Source: an uncultured cyanobacterium (GTDB lineage Bacteria > Cyanobacteriota > Cyanobacteriia > Cyanobacteriales > CAWCAG01). Taken from it: a DNA stretch of 64,000 nucleotides. Shown here one piece after another: positions 39,171 to 49,075 of this stretch. The stretch covers positions 95,975 to 159,974 of the forward strand of contig CAWDOD010000001.1 of assembly GCA_963803805.1 (NCBI GenBank), written 5' to 3'. Below the pieces are notes generated by a model that had not been told where the DNA came from, did no database searches, and saw only the letters and a program-made list of their open reading frames with translations. Position 1 is the first letter of the stretch, and the number at the start of each line of letters is the position of its first letter. The translations under genes and the position numbers were made by a program.

Positions 39171-40422
39171 CAGGGCGAACGCATCTAAATAGAGTGAAAA
39201 GCGCGAAAGTAAGAAACAAAGAAGTAGATTAGTACAACAACGCCAGAAATCTGAGAATCTACTGCAATGAAACTAAAACCGAAAATCACACTAATAGACC
39301 ACTTCACAGAATTAACAGACCCAAGGGTAGAGCGAACAAAAGAACATAAGCTAATAGATATAGTGGTGATAGGGATTTGTGCAGTAATCTGTGGAGCAGA
39401 CACCTGGGTGGGAATAGAAACCTATGGCAAAGCAAAATACCAATGGTTAAAGCAGTTCTTGGAGCTAGCAAATGGAATACCATCTCATGATACTTTTTCA
39501 AGGGTGTTTGCTCGTATAGACCCAAAGGAATTTCAAGGCTGTTTTCTGAGTTGGGTAAAATCAATCAGCAAGTTGATTCCATCGGAAGTTATCAGCATAG
39601 ATGGTAAAACTCTGAGACATTCTGAGGACAAAGGAAGTAACAAAAGAGCAATTCATTTGGTAAGTGCCTGGGCAAGTTCTCAAAGATTAGTACTGGGACA
39701 ACAGAAAGTAGAGGAAAAGTCCAATGAAATTACCGCAATACCTGAGTTACTAAAGGTCTTGGAAATATCAGGATGTATAGTCACAATTGATGCGATGGGA
39801 ACTCAGAAAAAAATTGCCCAACTAATCATTTCTCAAGAAGCTGACTATTGCCTGGCCCTAAAAGGCAATCAAGGAAACATCCATGAAGATGTCAAGCAAT
39901 TATTTACTCAAGCCCAAGCTCAACAATGGCAAAATATCGACCATAACTTCTTTGAGACGGTAGAGAAAGGTCATGGGCGTGTTGAGATTCGCCGTTATTG
40001 GACAATGGCCAATGTGGAATTTTTAATTGATAGTGAGCAATGGGTTGGACTTAAGAGTATTGGTATGGTTGAATCAAAGCGGACTTTTGCAGGAGAAACT
40101 ACCTCGGAAATTCGCTACTATCTCAATAGTTTTCCTTCTGATGCCCAAATGTTTGCCCATGCTGTTCGTAGTCACTGGGGAGTGGAAAATTGCCTTCATT
40201 GGGTCTTAGATGTTGCCTTTAGGGAGGATGATTGTCCTATTCGTAAAGATAATGCTCCTGAAAATTTTGCTTTACTACGCCACATTGCTCTCAATCTTCT
40301 TTCCCAGGAGAAAACTGCCTCTATGGGAGTTCAGAACAAGCGTCTTCAAGCTGCTTGGGATGATGACTATCTTGCCAGAGTTTTGAGAATTTGACCTTTT
40401 ATTTTTAGATGCGTTTGCCCTG
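39171..40422 (+). mobile_element. ISAs1-family insertion sequence
   Basis: IRs CAGGGCGAACGCATCTAAA and TTTAGATGCGTTTGCCCTG (1 mismatch). Confidence 0.92.
39267..40394 (+). CDS. ISAs1 transposase
   Basis: DPR, IPSHDTF, IDGKTLR, KSNEI, TIDAMG, HWGVEN. Confidence 0.95.
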   Translation: MKLKPKITLIDHFTELTDPRVERTKEHKLIDIVVIGICAVICGADTWVGIETYGKAKYQWLKQFLELANGIPSHDTFSRVFARIDPKEFQGCFLSWVKSISKLIPSEVISIDGKTLRHSEDKGSNKRAIHLVSAWASSQRLVLGQQKVEEKSNEITAIPELLKVLEISGCIVTIDAMGTQKKIAQLIISQEADYCLALKGNQGNIHEDVKQLFTQAQAQQWQNIDHNFFETVEKGHGRVEIRRYWTMANVEFLIDSEQWVGLKSIGMVESKRTFAGETTSEIRYYLNSFPSDAQMFAHAVRSHWGVENCLHWVLDVAFREDDCPIRKDNAPENFALLRHIALNLLSQEKTASMGVQNKRLQAAWDDDYLARVLRI

Positions 40423-40457
40423 CGTTGCTGAGGCTCTAACTTTCTTTTAATTGATAC

Positions 40458-40808
40458 TTGTTTTATACTTGCTTAAGTAAGTTCGTTTTAAGCAAAGGGT
40501 GGGAAGTATTGATTGCTGGTAGAACGCCTGAACTAACCATTAAATTTACTGAAAAACCGGAACTGCCTGAGCAAGGTAAGAAAGTTGCTTTAGAAGTAAA
40601 AGCAGAAAATGGTGCTGTTGTGAGAGCGGAGGTTAATCGGAAGACTCTTAAAAAGCAGTTAACTAAAGCTGAGACAGAGGGATGGGACAGTTGGATAGCA
40701 GTGCTTTCTGGAAAAATGAGTTCTTTTTCTGAAGAAGGTGTAATCGAATTAGAAGGTGCAGGAGTAAGTATTTTTGGCTCTACCAAACTTGCAATGTCAA
40801 ACTATTAA
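40458..40808 (+). CDS. Hypothetical OB-fold-like plasmid protein
   Basis: ELTIKF...WIAVLSGK; start uncertain. Confidence 0.4.
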   Translation: MFYTCLSKFVLSKGWEVLIAGRTPELTIKFTEKPELPEQGKKVALEVKAENGAVVRAEVNRKTLKKQLTKAETEGWDSWIAVLSGKMSSFSEEGVIELEGAGVSIFGSTKLAMSNY

Positions 40809-41527
40809 AAAACAACTAGCACAAGCCTTGTTGTATAAGCACTTCGGCTTTTAATAGTTTGATTTCTTATAAACAAACGAATTTATTAGACTTGGTGCGT
40901 TTTTCAGCGCTTTTGTGCATTCTAGGTTCGGTAGAACCGTATTTTTGAAGTTAAATCAAAAGAAAATAACGTTGACTAAGTAAGTCTTCATCGGAGTAAG
41001 ATTCAGGAACACGAGCAACATCGGTGGGAAAGTCGCTTTTAAGAGGGCGATCAGAATCAGAACGCTTACTACCATACCGGTTCCTAAGCTTAGAAATCTC
41101 GCCATAATGAATAAGCCGTTCTAGATCTTCATAAGAGGAATAGCTTTCAGGGTCAGACATAGAAGGTTTCGTGTAAACCAAAGACTTCACTATCACAACA
41201 ATTGTGACATAGCTTCCCGAAAATTATGACATAATTGATATTAGGCTTTGTCTTGTTGACAGTAAACTCTGCCGTTTTGACTATTTTCGGAGATGTCTAA
41301 TGGTCAAAGAGCAGTGAGGGTTCGTGTGATCGCATTGAGAGTAAATTAAGTATTTAGAAGTTAAATGTTTATTCAGGTTACGTTTATATTACAGAAAAAC
41401 TTTAGGTTACTAGAACGAAGAATATAGACTTAGCAAGAGTTGTAAAAAATTAAACTAGAAGCTGTCGCCCAAAACAGCTTCTGTTTAGTTGTAGTACAAA
41501 AGGAAGAAAACTTGGGGCTTCAGTACA

Positions 41528-41887
41528 CTAGTCATTATTAGGAAAAGTGCATTTAACCTCAATAGCAACATTACTTTCTGCCGAACCTTCAGTGATGTAA
41601 GGAATACCAGCTTTACCGCCAATCTTCAAACCAAAAGAAATTTTAACTTCCTCAACATTTGCAGCACTAAAATTTCTAAAGGCACTAATCACATAAGTTG
41701 CGTAACCTCGAATCATCCTGGCAGCTTTTTTCATCTCAACAGTTCTACTGTTTCCTCCCCGGCCTGGACGACCATCACCCTCATCATCTTTAGGAAAATC
41801 TACTGATTTAGTTTCAATAAAAATTTCGTACTCTTCACCCTTATCGTCAGTGTAGGTAAGCTTTTGAATTTGGGAAGGTTCAGGCAT
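41528..41887 (-). CDS. CU044_2847/Trypco-like peptidase co-occurring protein
   Basis: VEEVKISFGLKIGGKAGIPYITEGSAESNVAIEV; divergent from the caspase gene. Confidence 0.75.
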   Translation of the reverse strand: MPEPSQIQKLTYTDDKGEEYEIFIETKSVDFPKDDEGDGRPGRGGNSRTVEMKKAARMIRGYATYVISAFRNFSAANVEEVKISFGLKIGGKAGIPYITEGSAESNVAIEVKCTFPNND

Positions 41888-41966
41888 AATGAAAACTCTC
41901 CTGACAAGAATAATGACTGTTTGCTAAGATTCTACAATCTATTGTTACAAAAGCTATTGCTCCCAG

Positions 41967-43529
41967 ATGGCTAAACGCTATGCTTTAGTAGTTGCGATTT
42001 CAAAGTATGAACACTTACGTCCTCTGGAGAATGTGATCAGAGATGGAAAAGCTATTGCCCAGAAATTAGACGATCATGGTTTTGGAGTAACAAAATATCC
42101 TCCAAAATGGATTGAAAAAGAATATCGCGAAGAACTTAAGTCATCTTTGGTATCTACTGAAGATTTATTACGCGAAATAGAGGAGTTTCTTTTTGATACA
42201 GCCCAAAACAGTGAAGCTCTAATCTACTTAGCTGGTCATGGTTTAAGAGTAAAAGGTTGCTCTCAGAGAATCCCTCCCAAAGCCTACTTTGCTGTTTCTG
42301 ATAGTCGCAGCGATGGTAGAAATGCCATCCCTTTTACAGACCTCAATACCCTTTTTGCTCAAGCTCGTAGTGAAGCTCATTTAAGCAGCTTAGTAGTTTT
42401 GCTAGATTGCTGTCATGCAGGTATGGCTTTTGAGGGAACCGTTGAAAGAGAAATATTCCAATCTAGTTTTACAGCCTTTCAGAACCAACCTAGCTACGGA
42501 ATTTTGGCATCTTGCCGTGGTCATCAAGAGTCTTATGAATTGGGGGAACATGGCTTATTTACCAGCAAAGTACTTGAAGGGCTGAAGCCAGGGAATGCTG
42601 ATGAGAATGGCGTAATTTCTTTTAATCGCCTTGCCGATTACGTTAACCTGAAGCTGCAAAATATGGGTCAAGAATCGGTTGATTTAGCTTTTAAGGGTTC
42701 GGCAATTCAATTGGTAAGTTACTCAAAGGAATTAATCTCAGACATAACAGGAACAGCTCAAAATAGTTTCATCCAAGCTCTACAGGAACTAAATTATGCA
42801 GGTGAAGATAAACTATTTACAGATTTTCTTGAGGTAGAATCACCATCCTTGCCAGTAGGTGCGTTTTGGATACGTGCTGAAGAGGGTGGTGGTCAGCGCT
42901 GGTTAATAAACCGCCTCTGGCAAAAGAAAGTCCCTTTCTACCCTCAAGCTATTAAATATCCCTTCTTCATCAATAAAAGGTGGACAATCAACACAATCTG
43001 GGAAAAAGTAGGAGCTACTTTAGCCGTAGGAACTGAACCAGAAGAGATTGTCGAAGAACTGTACAACTTTTGGGTCAAACCTAATACGGTAGCTTTAGCC
43101 TTATACGGAGTAGAACGTTTGACGAAGGCTGATTTAGAAGAGCTATTCATCTCCTTTTGGCGACCCTTAACCCAAAAAGCTGCTCAGCAAAGTAATTCAG
43201 ACCTACCTTTGCTACTATTTTTAATTGACACTGGTATTAAAGATAACTGTGATTGCTGTTTAGAGCATCTCCAAGAATATGACTGCGATCGCCCTTGGCT
43301 ACCCGTTGAATTCCCTTTAAAGCCTTTTAGGAGAAAAAGCTTAGTTAACTGGGCCAACGCTCACCACCAAATAATTCAACCTTTGTTGAGAAACTGCTCA
43401 TCAATGCAAGAATTTAATCAGCAGCTCGAAAGTTGTAACCGTCGCGAGGATCTATGTCCAGAAGACGTGCTAGAAAAAATTTGTCAACTTTGTGGCCAAG
43501 AGCATTTTGAAATAACTTTCAACATTTGA
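41967..43529 (+). CDS. Caspase-like (C14) peptidase fused to an inactive-STAND-like domain
   Basis: YALVVAISKY; catalytic dyad LAGHG and LDCCHAG. Confidence 0.85.
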   Translation: MAKRYALVVAISKYEHLRPLENVIRDGKAIAQKLDDHGFGVTKYPPKWIEKEYREELKSSLVSTEDLLREIEEFLFDTAQNSEALIYLAGHGLRVKGCSQRIPPKAYFAVSDSRSDGRNAIPFTDLNTLFAQARSEAHLSSLVVLLDCCHAGMAFEGTVEREIFQSSFTAFQNQPSYGILASCRGHQESYELGEHGLFTSKVLEGLKPGNADENGVISFNRLADYVNLKLQNMGQESVDLAFKGSAIQLVSYSKELISDITGTAQNSFIQALQELNYAGEDKLFTDFLEVESPSLPVGAFWIRAEEGGGQRWLINRLWQKKVPFYPQAIKYPFFINKRWTINTIWEKVGATLAVGTEPEEIVEELYNFWVKPNTVALALYGVERLTKADLEELFISFWRPLTQKAAQQSNSDLPLLLFLIDTGIKDNCDCCLEHLQEYDCDRPWLPVEFPLKPFRRKSLVNWANAHHQIIQPLLRNCSSMQEFNQQLESCNRREDLCPEDVLEKICQLCGQEHFEITFNI

Positions 43530-43545
43530 GGATTAACTTAGCATC

Positions 43546-44529
43546 ATGACAGGGAAACTAAACTATTCTGGAGAGCCAAAATATCAACCCCAAAAACCTG
43601 GCTTAGATAGCCAGGGAAGGCGTTTATTTCCCTATCTGCCAGAGCCAAATCTAATCAAAGCTGTCAATCTAGCCCTAGCCTTGGAGCGTCCCCTGCTCAT
43701 ACAAGGTGAACCAGGTTGCGGTAAAACCCTCATTGCTAGAGCTATTGCCTACGAATTTGGTCAAAAGTATCTTCAAGGTAAAGAGGAATGGCCCTATTTC
43801 CGTTGGAATATCACCTCCCGCACTGAAGCTCAACAAGGGCGCTACACCTTCGATGCTTTGGGTAAGCTGCGAGATGCTCAAATGGTAGGTATAGAATACC
43901 TTACCCCACAACAAAGAGGAGCTTTAAACCAAAGGTTAGCAGACCCTGAAGGTTACATACTTTGGGGGCCATTAGGTCAAGCCTTTCGTGAACAAAACCA
44001 TCGTCCCATACTACTAATAGATGAAATAGATAAAGCTGATGTAGACTTTCCCAACGACTTACTCTCAGAACTAGAAGAACCTCGCTTTAGGGTTACTGAA
44101 ACTCAAAAGCCAGTTGTGGCTAGACAGCAGCCCATTGTCATCATCACCAGTAACTCAGAAAGAGAACTTCCCGAAGCCTTTTTAAGACGCTGCTTATTTT
44201 ATTGGTTGGAGTTTCCTGAAGAAACAAGGTTGCGAAAAATAGTCTCTTTACACTTTCCTGAGTATGAACTAGTAAAGCTATTTGACCAAGCCATTTCTCA
44301 ATTTTTCAAAGTTCGTAATAAACTTGCGACTCGAAGAAGTGGCAATAAGCAGGCTAGCACCAGTGAGCTACTTGATTGGCTAAGGATTTTGACTAACTTA
44401 CCTGCTGAGGAGGCTTTGATAGCAGTAGAAAATGTTTTTACTGATGCTGCTCAGCTTGGTATCTTGGTTAAATCTAAAGCAGATTTAGAAGCAATCAAAA
44501 GAGATATTGGTGAGGTAAATAATCAGTAG
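43546..44529 (+). CDS. MoxR family AAA+ ATPase
   Basis: GEPGCGKT, LLIDEIDKAD, TSNSERELPEAFLRRC. Confidence 0.93.
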   Translation: MTGKLNYSGEPKYQPQKPGLDSQGRRLFPYLPEPNLIKAVNLALALERPLLIQGEPGCGKTLIARAIAYEFGQKYLQGKEEWPYFRWNITSRTEAQQGRYTFDALGKLRDAQMVGIEYLTPQQRGALNQRLADPEGYILWGPLGQAFREQNHRPILLIDEIDKADVDFPNDLLSELEEPRFRVTETQKPVVARQQPIVIITSNSERELPEAFLRRCLFYWLEFPEETRLRKIVSLHFPEYELVKLFDQAISQFFKVRNKLATRRSGNKQASTSELLDWLRILTNLPAEEALIAVENVFTDAAQLGILVKSKADLEAIKRDIGEVNNQ

Positions 44530-44532
44530 AAA

Positions 44533-45588
44533 ATGGTGAGTCTACCTACCTTACCCTTGTTTGAATTGTTCCAAGAGTTGCGTGTACCTCTTTCGCTGCA
44601 ACCAGATCAGTATGTCTGGCTTTTGGAAGGACTGAAGCAGGGTTTTGGTTGTGAAAGTGTAGATGACTTGAAAGAAGTTTGTCGTCTGCTCTGGCTGAAA
44701 TCAAGAGATTCCCAAGCTGAAAAAGCATTTGAAACTACTTTCAATCGCTACATTAAAAAACATCAACAAACACTTCAATCAGTAACAACATCCTCATCAG
44801 CGAGAAAAGAAACTGTAAACCGCTCAACAAGCCAACAAAATACATATCCAACTTATCAACCAGCTACTAATCAAACCACAGCGCCTCAAAGCACTAGCTC
44901 CAACCTGCGTTTAACTAGTGCTTATCAAACAACTCAAGAAATGGAAGTCACTCAATCTCAGCAAGGCTATATTCTCAAAGTCAGTGATTTTCCTTTCTTA
45001 TTACGCCAAACACGCCATGCTTGGTTACGTCTGCGTTATCCTCAAAAAAGAGGAGAGACTTCTCAGATTGACATACCAGCAACAATAAGAAAAATTGGTT
45101 GTTATGGTATTTGCCTAGAGCCAGAAACAAAACCACAACTGATTAATCAAATTGAGTTGGTCTTTTTAGAAGATAGAGAAGGTTCAATGATTCCTTTTCG
45201 TCCTATAATTGATGGTTTATTTACCACAGTAGAAAAGAACCGTTTTCAGAGAGTTTATCGCTACTTTTTCCGTAACTGTCCTGGTGATTTCGTCTATTTA
45301 CGACCCAAAGGAACAGATACTATCCTTTTAGAAGACTTACCCTTAAGACCGCAAAGAACTATTTTAGTAATTATTAGTGATGCTGGTGCTGCTAGGGGAG
45401 GTCATAGTTTTCGTAGACTGGAGATGACAGAAAAATTTTTGAGTGCAGTACAGCCAAGAATAAAATCTTTACTGTGGATTAATCCCTTACCTTACAAAAG
45501 GTGGACAGGAACAACCGCAGCAGATATAGCTGGTTTGATGGGAGTCAAAATGTTTGAAATGTCCGCTATCAGTGAATATTTATCATGA
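44533..45588 (+). CDS. vWA/CoxE-like protein
   Basis: DREGSM, ISDAGAARG, WINPLP. Confidence 0.85.
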   Translation: MVSLPTLPLFELFQELRVPLSLQPDQYVWLLEGLKQGFGCESVDDLKEVCRLLWLKSRDSQAEKAFETTFNRYIKKHQQTLQSVTTSSSARKETVNRSTSQQNTYPTYQPATNQTTAPQSTSSNLRLTSAYQTTQEMEVTQSQQGYILKVSDFPFLLRQTRHAWLRLRYPQKRGETSQIDIPATIRKIGCYGICLEPETKPQLINQIELVFLEDREGSMIPFRPIIDGLFTTVEKNRFQRVYRYFFRNCPGDFVYLRPKGTDTILLEDLPLRPQRTILVIISDAGAARGGHSFRRLEMTEKFLSAVQPRIKSLLWINPLPYKRWTGTTAADIAGLMGVKMFEMSAISEYLS

Positions 45589-47237
45589 ATCTAACCAAGG
45601 AAAGGGAGAAAGCAAAAGATGAGGTAATACGCTTTACCCAAAAGTGGGGAAGAGATTACCTTAATTTGGCTTGTCATGCTGCCTTTCCTTTAGCCATAAC
45701 CCCAGAGTTGGCTTATTGTCTGCGTGAGAATTTCCTCCCTGAGTGTCCTTGGTTTGCTGTTGCCGACTTGATTTTATCTTCCCTTTGTGACCCAGTAGGA
45801 GATGAATTATATGAGATGGATGCCATAGTACGAGATGTGCTGCTACGCCGTCTAGCTAAGGATGCGCGATTCGGGGCAGCTCGTCTTCAGAGTATGGGGG
45901 AGTTTATGGGAGCTTACATTGGGGCAAAGTTACCAACAAATTCCCTAGCAGGACGTGATTTTGGTGTCGGTTTAGAATGGGTAGCTTTGGCATATATTCA
46001 TAGTGAAGATGCTAATCTATTGCGGGAAAAAATTCAGCAAGAATTGCAAAGAGGACGAGGAGAAGTAAGAGAGCGCTTAGCTAGTTTTCTAGATGCTCAA
46101 GAAGATTTATTAGTTGCTGCTGGTTTAGAACCGTTGCTTATTTCTACTCAAGTTCAATTAGATATTGGTGTAATCTTAGAAACTTTTGAAGCGGAAATTG
46201 TCAGCATTATTTCTGAAGAAGAATCTCAAACTGAGGAAGAGTATAGCACTTGGGAATTTGAAACAGTTTTTGTTAATGAGCGAGGAGAAATTATTGAAAC
46301 TCAGCAGTGCCAAGGTTACTACTTTGAGGAGTTTTTAGCAGAGGATGTACCTCCTTTGGTAATGGTAGCTATACCTGAAGGAGAATTTATTATGGGTTCT
46401 CCTCCGGAAGAGAAAAAAAGATACGATGATGAAGGGCCCCAACATCCTGTTAAAGTTAAACCCTTTTTTATGGCTCAAACTCCCATTACTCAAGGACAAT
46501 GGCGTATTGTAGCAGCAATGGAACAGGTAGGAAAAGAGTTAGACCCTAATCCTTCCAACTTTAAAGATGATGACCATCCTGTGGAGGAAGTGAGTTGGTA
46601 TGATGCCATAGAATTTTGCGCTCGGTTGTCGCGTCATACAGGTAAAGATTATCGTCTGCCTAGTGAAGCTGAGTGGGAATATGCTTGTCGGGCAGTTACC
46701 AGTGAATCATCATGGCTTACGGAAGAAGGTGAACCATTTCTTACTGAACAGGGTGAACAATTGCTAACTGAGGGGGAGCCTGATATTAGAAAAAGTTCTT
46801 ATTCTCCTTTTCATTTTGGTGAGACTCTTACAACTGATTTAGCTAACTATAATGGTTCAGTGTATAAGAATGAGCCTGAAGGAAAAAGTCGAGGTGGAAC
46901 TAGCCCTGTTAAGAGTTTTCCACCTAATGCCTTTGGTTTATACGATATGCACGGGTTAGTTTGGGAGTGGTGTTTAGATCCTTGGCATGGGAGCTATGAA
47001 AACGCACCAGCAGATAGTAGGGTGTGGGATGAAGAAAATAATGATAATCATTATCAAAAAATAGCGGATAATATTAAAGTTTTGTTAAGTGATGAGCGTA
47101 GTCGTATTCGGCGCGGCGGTTCCTGGTTCAGCTCTCCGAGGGTCTGTCGCTCTGCTTCTCGCGTCGTCGACTATCCCGATTTTCGTAGCTTCAGCTACGG
47201 TTTTCGTGTTGTCTGCGGAGCTGCGAGGACTCTTTAG
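45585..47237 (+). CDS. DGR target 1: helical N-terminal domain + FGE-sulfatase (C-type lectin fold) domain
   Basis: RLPSEAEWEYACRA, NAFGLYDMHG, RGGSW, GFRVV; VR at the 3' end. Confidence 0.92.
   Translation: MNLTKEREKAKDEVIRFTQKWGRDYLNLACHAAFPLAITPELAYCLRENFLPECPWFAVADLILSSLCDPVGDELYEMDAIVRDVLLRRLAKDARFGAARLQSMGEFMGAYIGAKLPTNSLAGRDFGVGLEWVALAYIHSEDANLLREKIQQELQRGRGEVRERLASFLDAQEDLLVAAGLEPLLISTQVQLDIGVILETFEAEIVSIISEEESQTEEEYSTWEFETVFVNERGEIIETQQCQGYYFEEFLAEDVPPLVMVAIPEGEFIMGSPPEEKKRYDDEGPQHPVKVKPFFMAQTPITQGQWRIVAAMEQVGKELDPNPSNFKDDDHPVEEVSWYDAIEFCARLSRHTGKDYRLPSEAEWEYACRAVTSESSWLTEEGEPFLTEQGEQLLTEGEPDIRKSSYSPFHFGETLTTDLANYNGSVYKNEPEGKSRGGTSPVKSFPPNAFGLYDMHGLVWEWCLDPWHGSYENAPADSRVWDEENNDNHYQKIADNIKVLLSDERSRIRRGGSWFSSPRVCRSASRVVDYPDFRSFSYGFRVVCGAARTL
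47114..47237 (+). repeat. DGR variable repeat VR1
   Basis: 11 differences from TR, all at TR adenines, plus one 3' T/G difference. Confidence 0.95.
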
Positions 47238-47358
47238 CCCTTTGCTCTCTTGCCCTCTTGCTCTTTTAAATTTTTTTGAAATATTAAGAAAAACTTCAAA
47301 CTATAGACAATTTGTTAATAAATTGGTACAGACTAATTGCTGTAGATTTTGATTTACT

Positions 47359-47706
47359 TTGAGAGTGAATGAGTTACCAATTATTCAAAAAACCTATGAT
47401 TTAATCAAATGGTATATTCCTATTATCAACCGCTTACCTCGTAATCATCGTTTTGCTTTAGGAGAGCGTATTACTGACAACCTTTACAATTTATTAGAAA
47501 ATTTACTTCGCGCTCGTTATCTCAAAGAAAACAAATTACAATTTCTTAGTAATCTCAATACTCAAATAGATATTTTACGTTATCAAACCCGCTTATTATA
47601 TGACTTTAGCCTAATTTCTGAACGCCGCTACGGTTATGTTAATCAACAAATTGATAGTATTGGTAAAGATTTAGGTGGCTGGATTAAGTCTTTGAAAAAA
47701 TTATGA
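47359..47706 (+). CDS. avd: DGR accessory variability determinant
   Basis: [11 protein letters not shown]...RFALGERI...IGKDLGGW; overlaps the RT start. Confidence 0.92.
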   Translation: MRVNELPIIQKTYDLIKWYIPIINRLPRNHRFALGERITDNLYNLLENLLRARYLKENKLQFLSNLNTQIDILRYQTRLLYDFSLISERRYGYVNQQIDSIGKDLGGWIKSLKKL

Positions 47707-48761
47707 AGCGCTACGGCAATCTCTGGTCACAAATTACTGCCTGGGAAAATTTACTTCTAGCCTCGCGTCAAGCTCAAAAAGGCAAGCGCTTTCGAGATAA
47801 TGTCTTAGCTTTTAATCACAACCTGGAAAAGGAGTTGCTGCAACTACAAAAAGAACTACAGGAGAGAACTTATCTACCAGGTCAATACAAAACCTTTAGA
47901 ATTTTTGAGCCAAAACCGCGTCTAATTTCCGCAGCACCTTATCGAGATAGAGTAGTTCACCACACTTTTTGCAATATCGTTGCTCCTCTTATTGAAAAAT
48001 CTTTCATTCCCGATAGTTATGCTAATCGTCAAGGGTATGGAACTCATAGAGCTTTGAAGCGTTTTATTAAGTTTGCTCGCTCTAGCCGCTACATTTTGCA
48101 GTGTGACATTTGTAAATACTTTCCTAGCCTTGACCATGAAATTCTGAAAAGAATGCTCAGAAGTAAGATTAAATGCCAAGAGACACTCTGGTTAATTGAG
48201 CTAATTATTGATAGTAGTAATGCTCAGGAAGCAGTTGTTGATTACTTCCCTGGAGATGATCTGTTGACTCCTGTTATGAGGCGTAAAGGCTTACCAATTG
48301 GTAATTTAACTAGCCAGTTTCTCGCTAACTTTTATCTTGATAAGTTTGACCATTTTATCAAACACGAACTCAAAGTAAAAAAATACTTACGTTATGTAGA
48401 TGACTTTGCGTTGTTCAGTGATGATCTAGAATTTTTGCGACAAGCTCGTTACGCTATAGAAGACTATTTAACCACCATTCGCTTAAAAATACATCCTATC
48501 AAAAGTCAGTTATTTGCTACTGAATATGGAGCAAATTTCTTGGGATTTCGTATTTTTCCTGAGCGAATCAGAGTTCGCAATGATAACCTCCGCAAAGCTA
48601 GACGCAGGCTTAAAAAACTACAACGAAGTTATGCTCAAGGACAAGTTAGTCTAGAAAAGCTTTGCCAAAGTCTCCAGAGTTGGGAAGCTCATTTGAAATA
48701 TGGGGATACTTACCAGCTACGAAAAGATATATTCAGGCACTACAGTTTTTCTCGCCAGTAG
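47703..48761 (+). CDS. DGR reverse transcriptase
   Basis: [40 protein letters not shown]. Confidence 0.95.
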   Translation: MKRYGNLWSQITAWENLLLASRQAQKGKRFRDNVLAFNHNLEKELLQLQKELQERTYLPGQYKTFRIFEPKPRLISAAPYRDRVVHHTFCNIVAPLIEKSFIPDSYANRQGYGTHRALKRFIKFARSSRYILQCDICKYFPSLDHEILKRMLRSKIKCQETLWLIELIIDSSNAQEAVVDYFPGDDLLTPVMRRKGLPIGNLTSQFLANFYLDKFDHFIKHELKVKKYLRYVDDFALFSDDLEFLRQARYAIEDYLTTIRLKIHPIKSQLFATEYGANFLGFRIFPERIRVRNDNLRKARRRLKKLQRSYAQGQVSLEKLCQSLQSWEAHLKYGDTYQLRKDIFRHYSFSRQ

Positions 48762-48823
48762 TTAATAGTTAAGAAATGTAGAGTTTTACTTTATGCTGTA
48801 TTCGGGACAGGCAAAGCAAAAGA

Positions 48824-48945
48824 CGGCGGTTCCTGGAACAACAATCCGAGGAACTGTCGCTCTGCTTATCGCAACGACGACTATCCCGATTTTCGTAGCT
48901 TCAGCTACGGTTTTCGTGTTGTCTGCGGAGCTGCGAGTACTCTTT
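48824..48945 (+). ncRNA. DGR template repeat (TR)
   Basis: CGGCGGTTCCTGGAACAACAATCCGAGGAAC...; homologous to both VRs, AAC-rich in the 5' half. Confidence 0.93.
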
Positions 48946-49075
48946 CGTGCCAGAGCTGGCAAATGGGAATTTGTCGGGCGTGCCAAGAAAGAGTCCAGAC
49001 CTGTTCCGGTGATGCTATAGGCATCCGAAAATAAACCGGAGTCAAGTATGCTAGTAAGCAAAGCTGAAAGTTTAC

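Noticed and set aside
48786-49061. ORFs over the TR (48793-49020 +, 48786-49061 -) and similar ORFs over the VRs (47089-47352, 49800-50000)
   Set aside because: Alternative-frame read-through of TR/VR repeats, not genes
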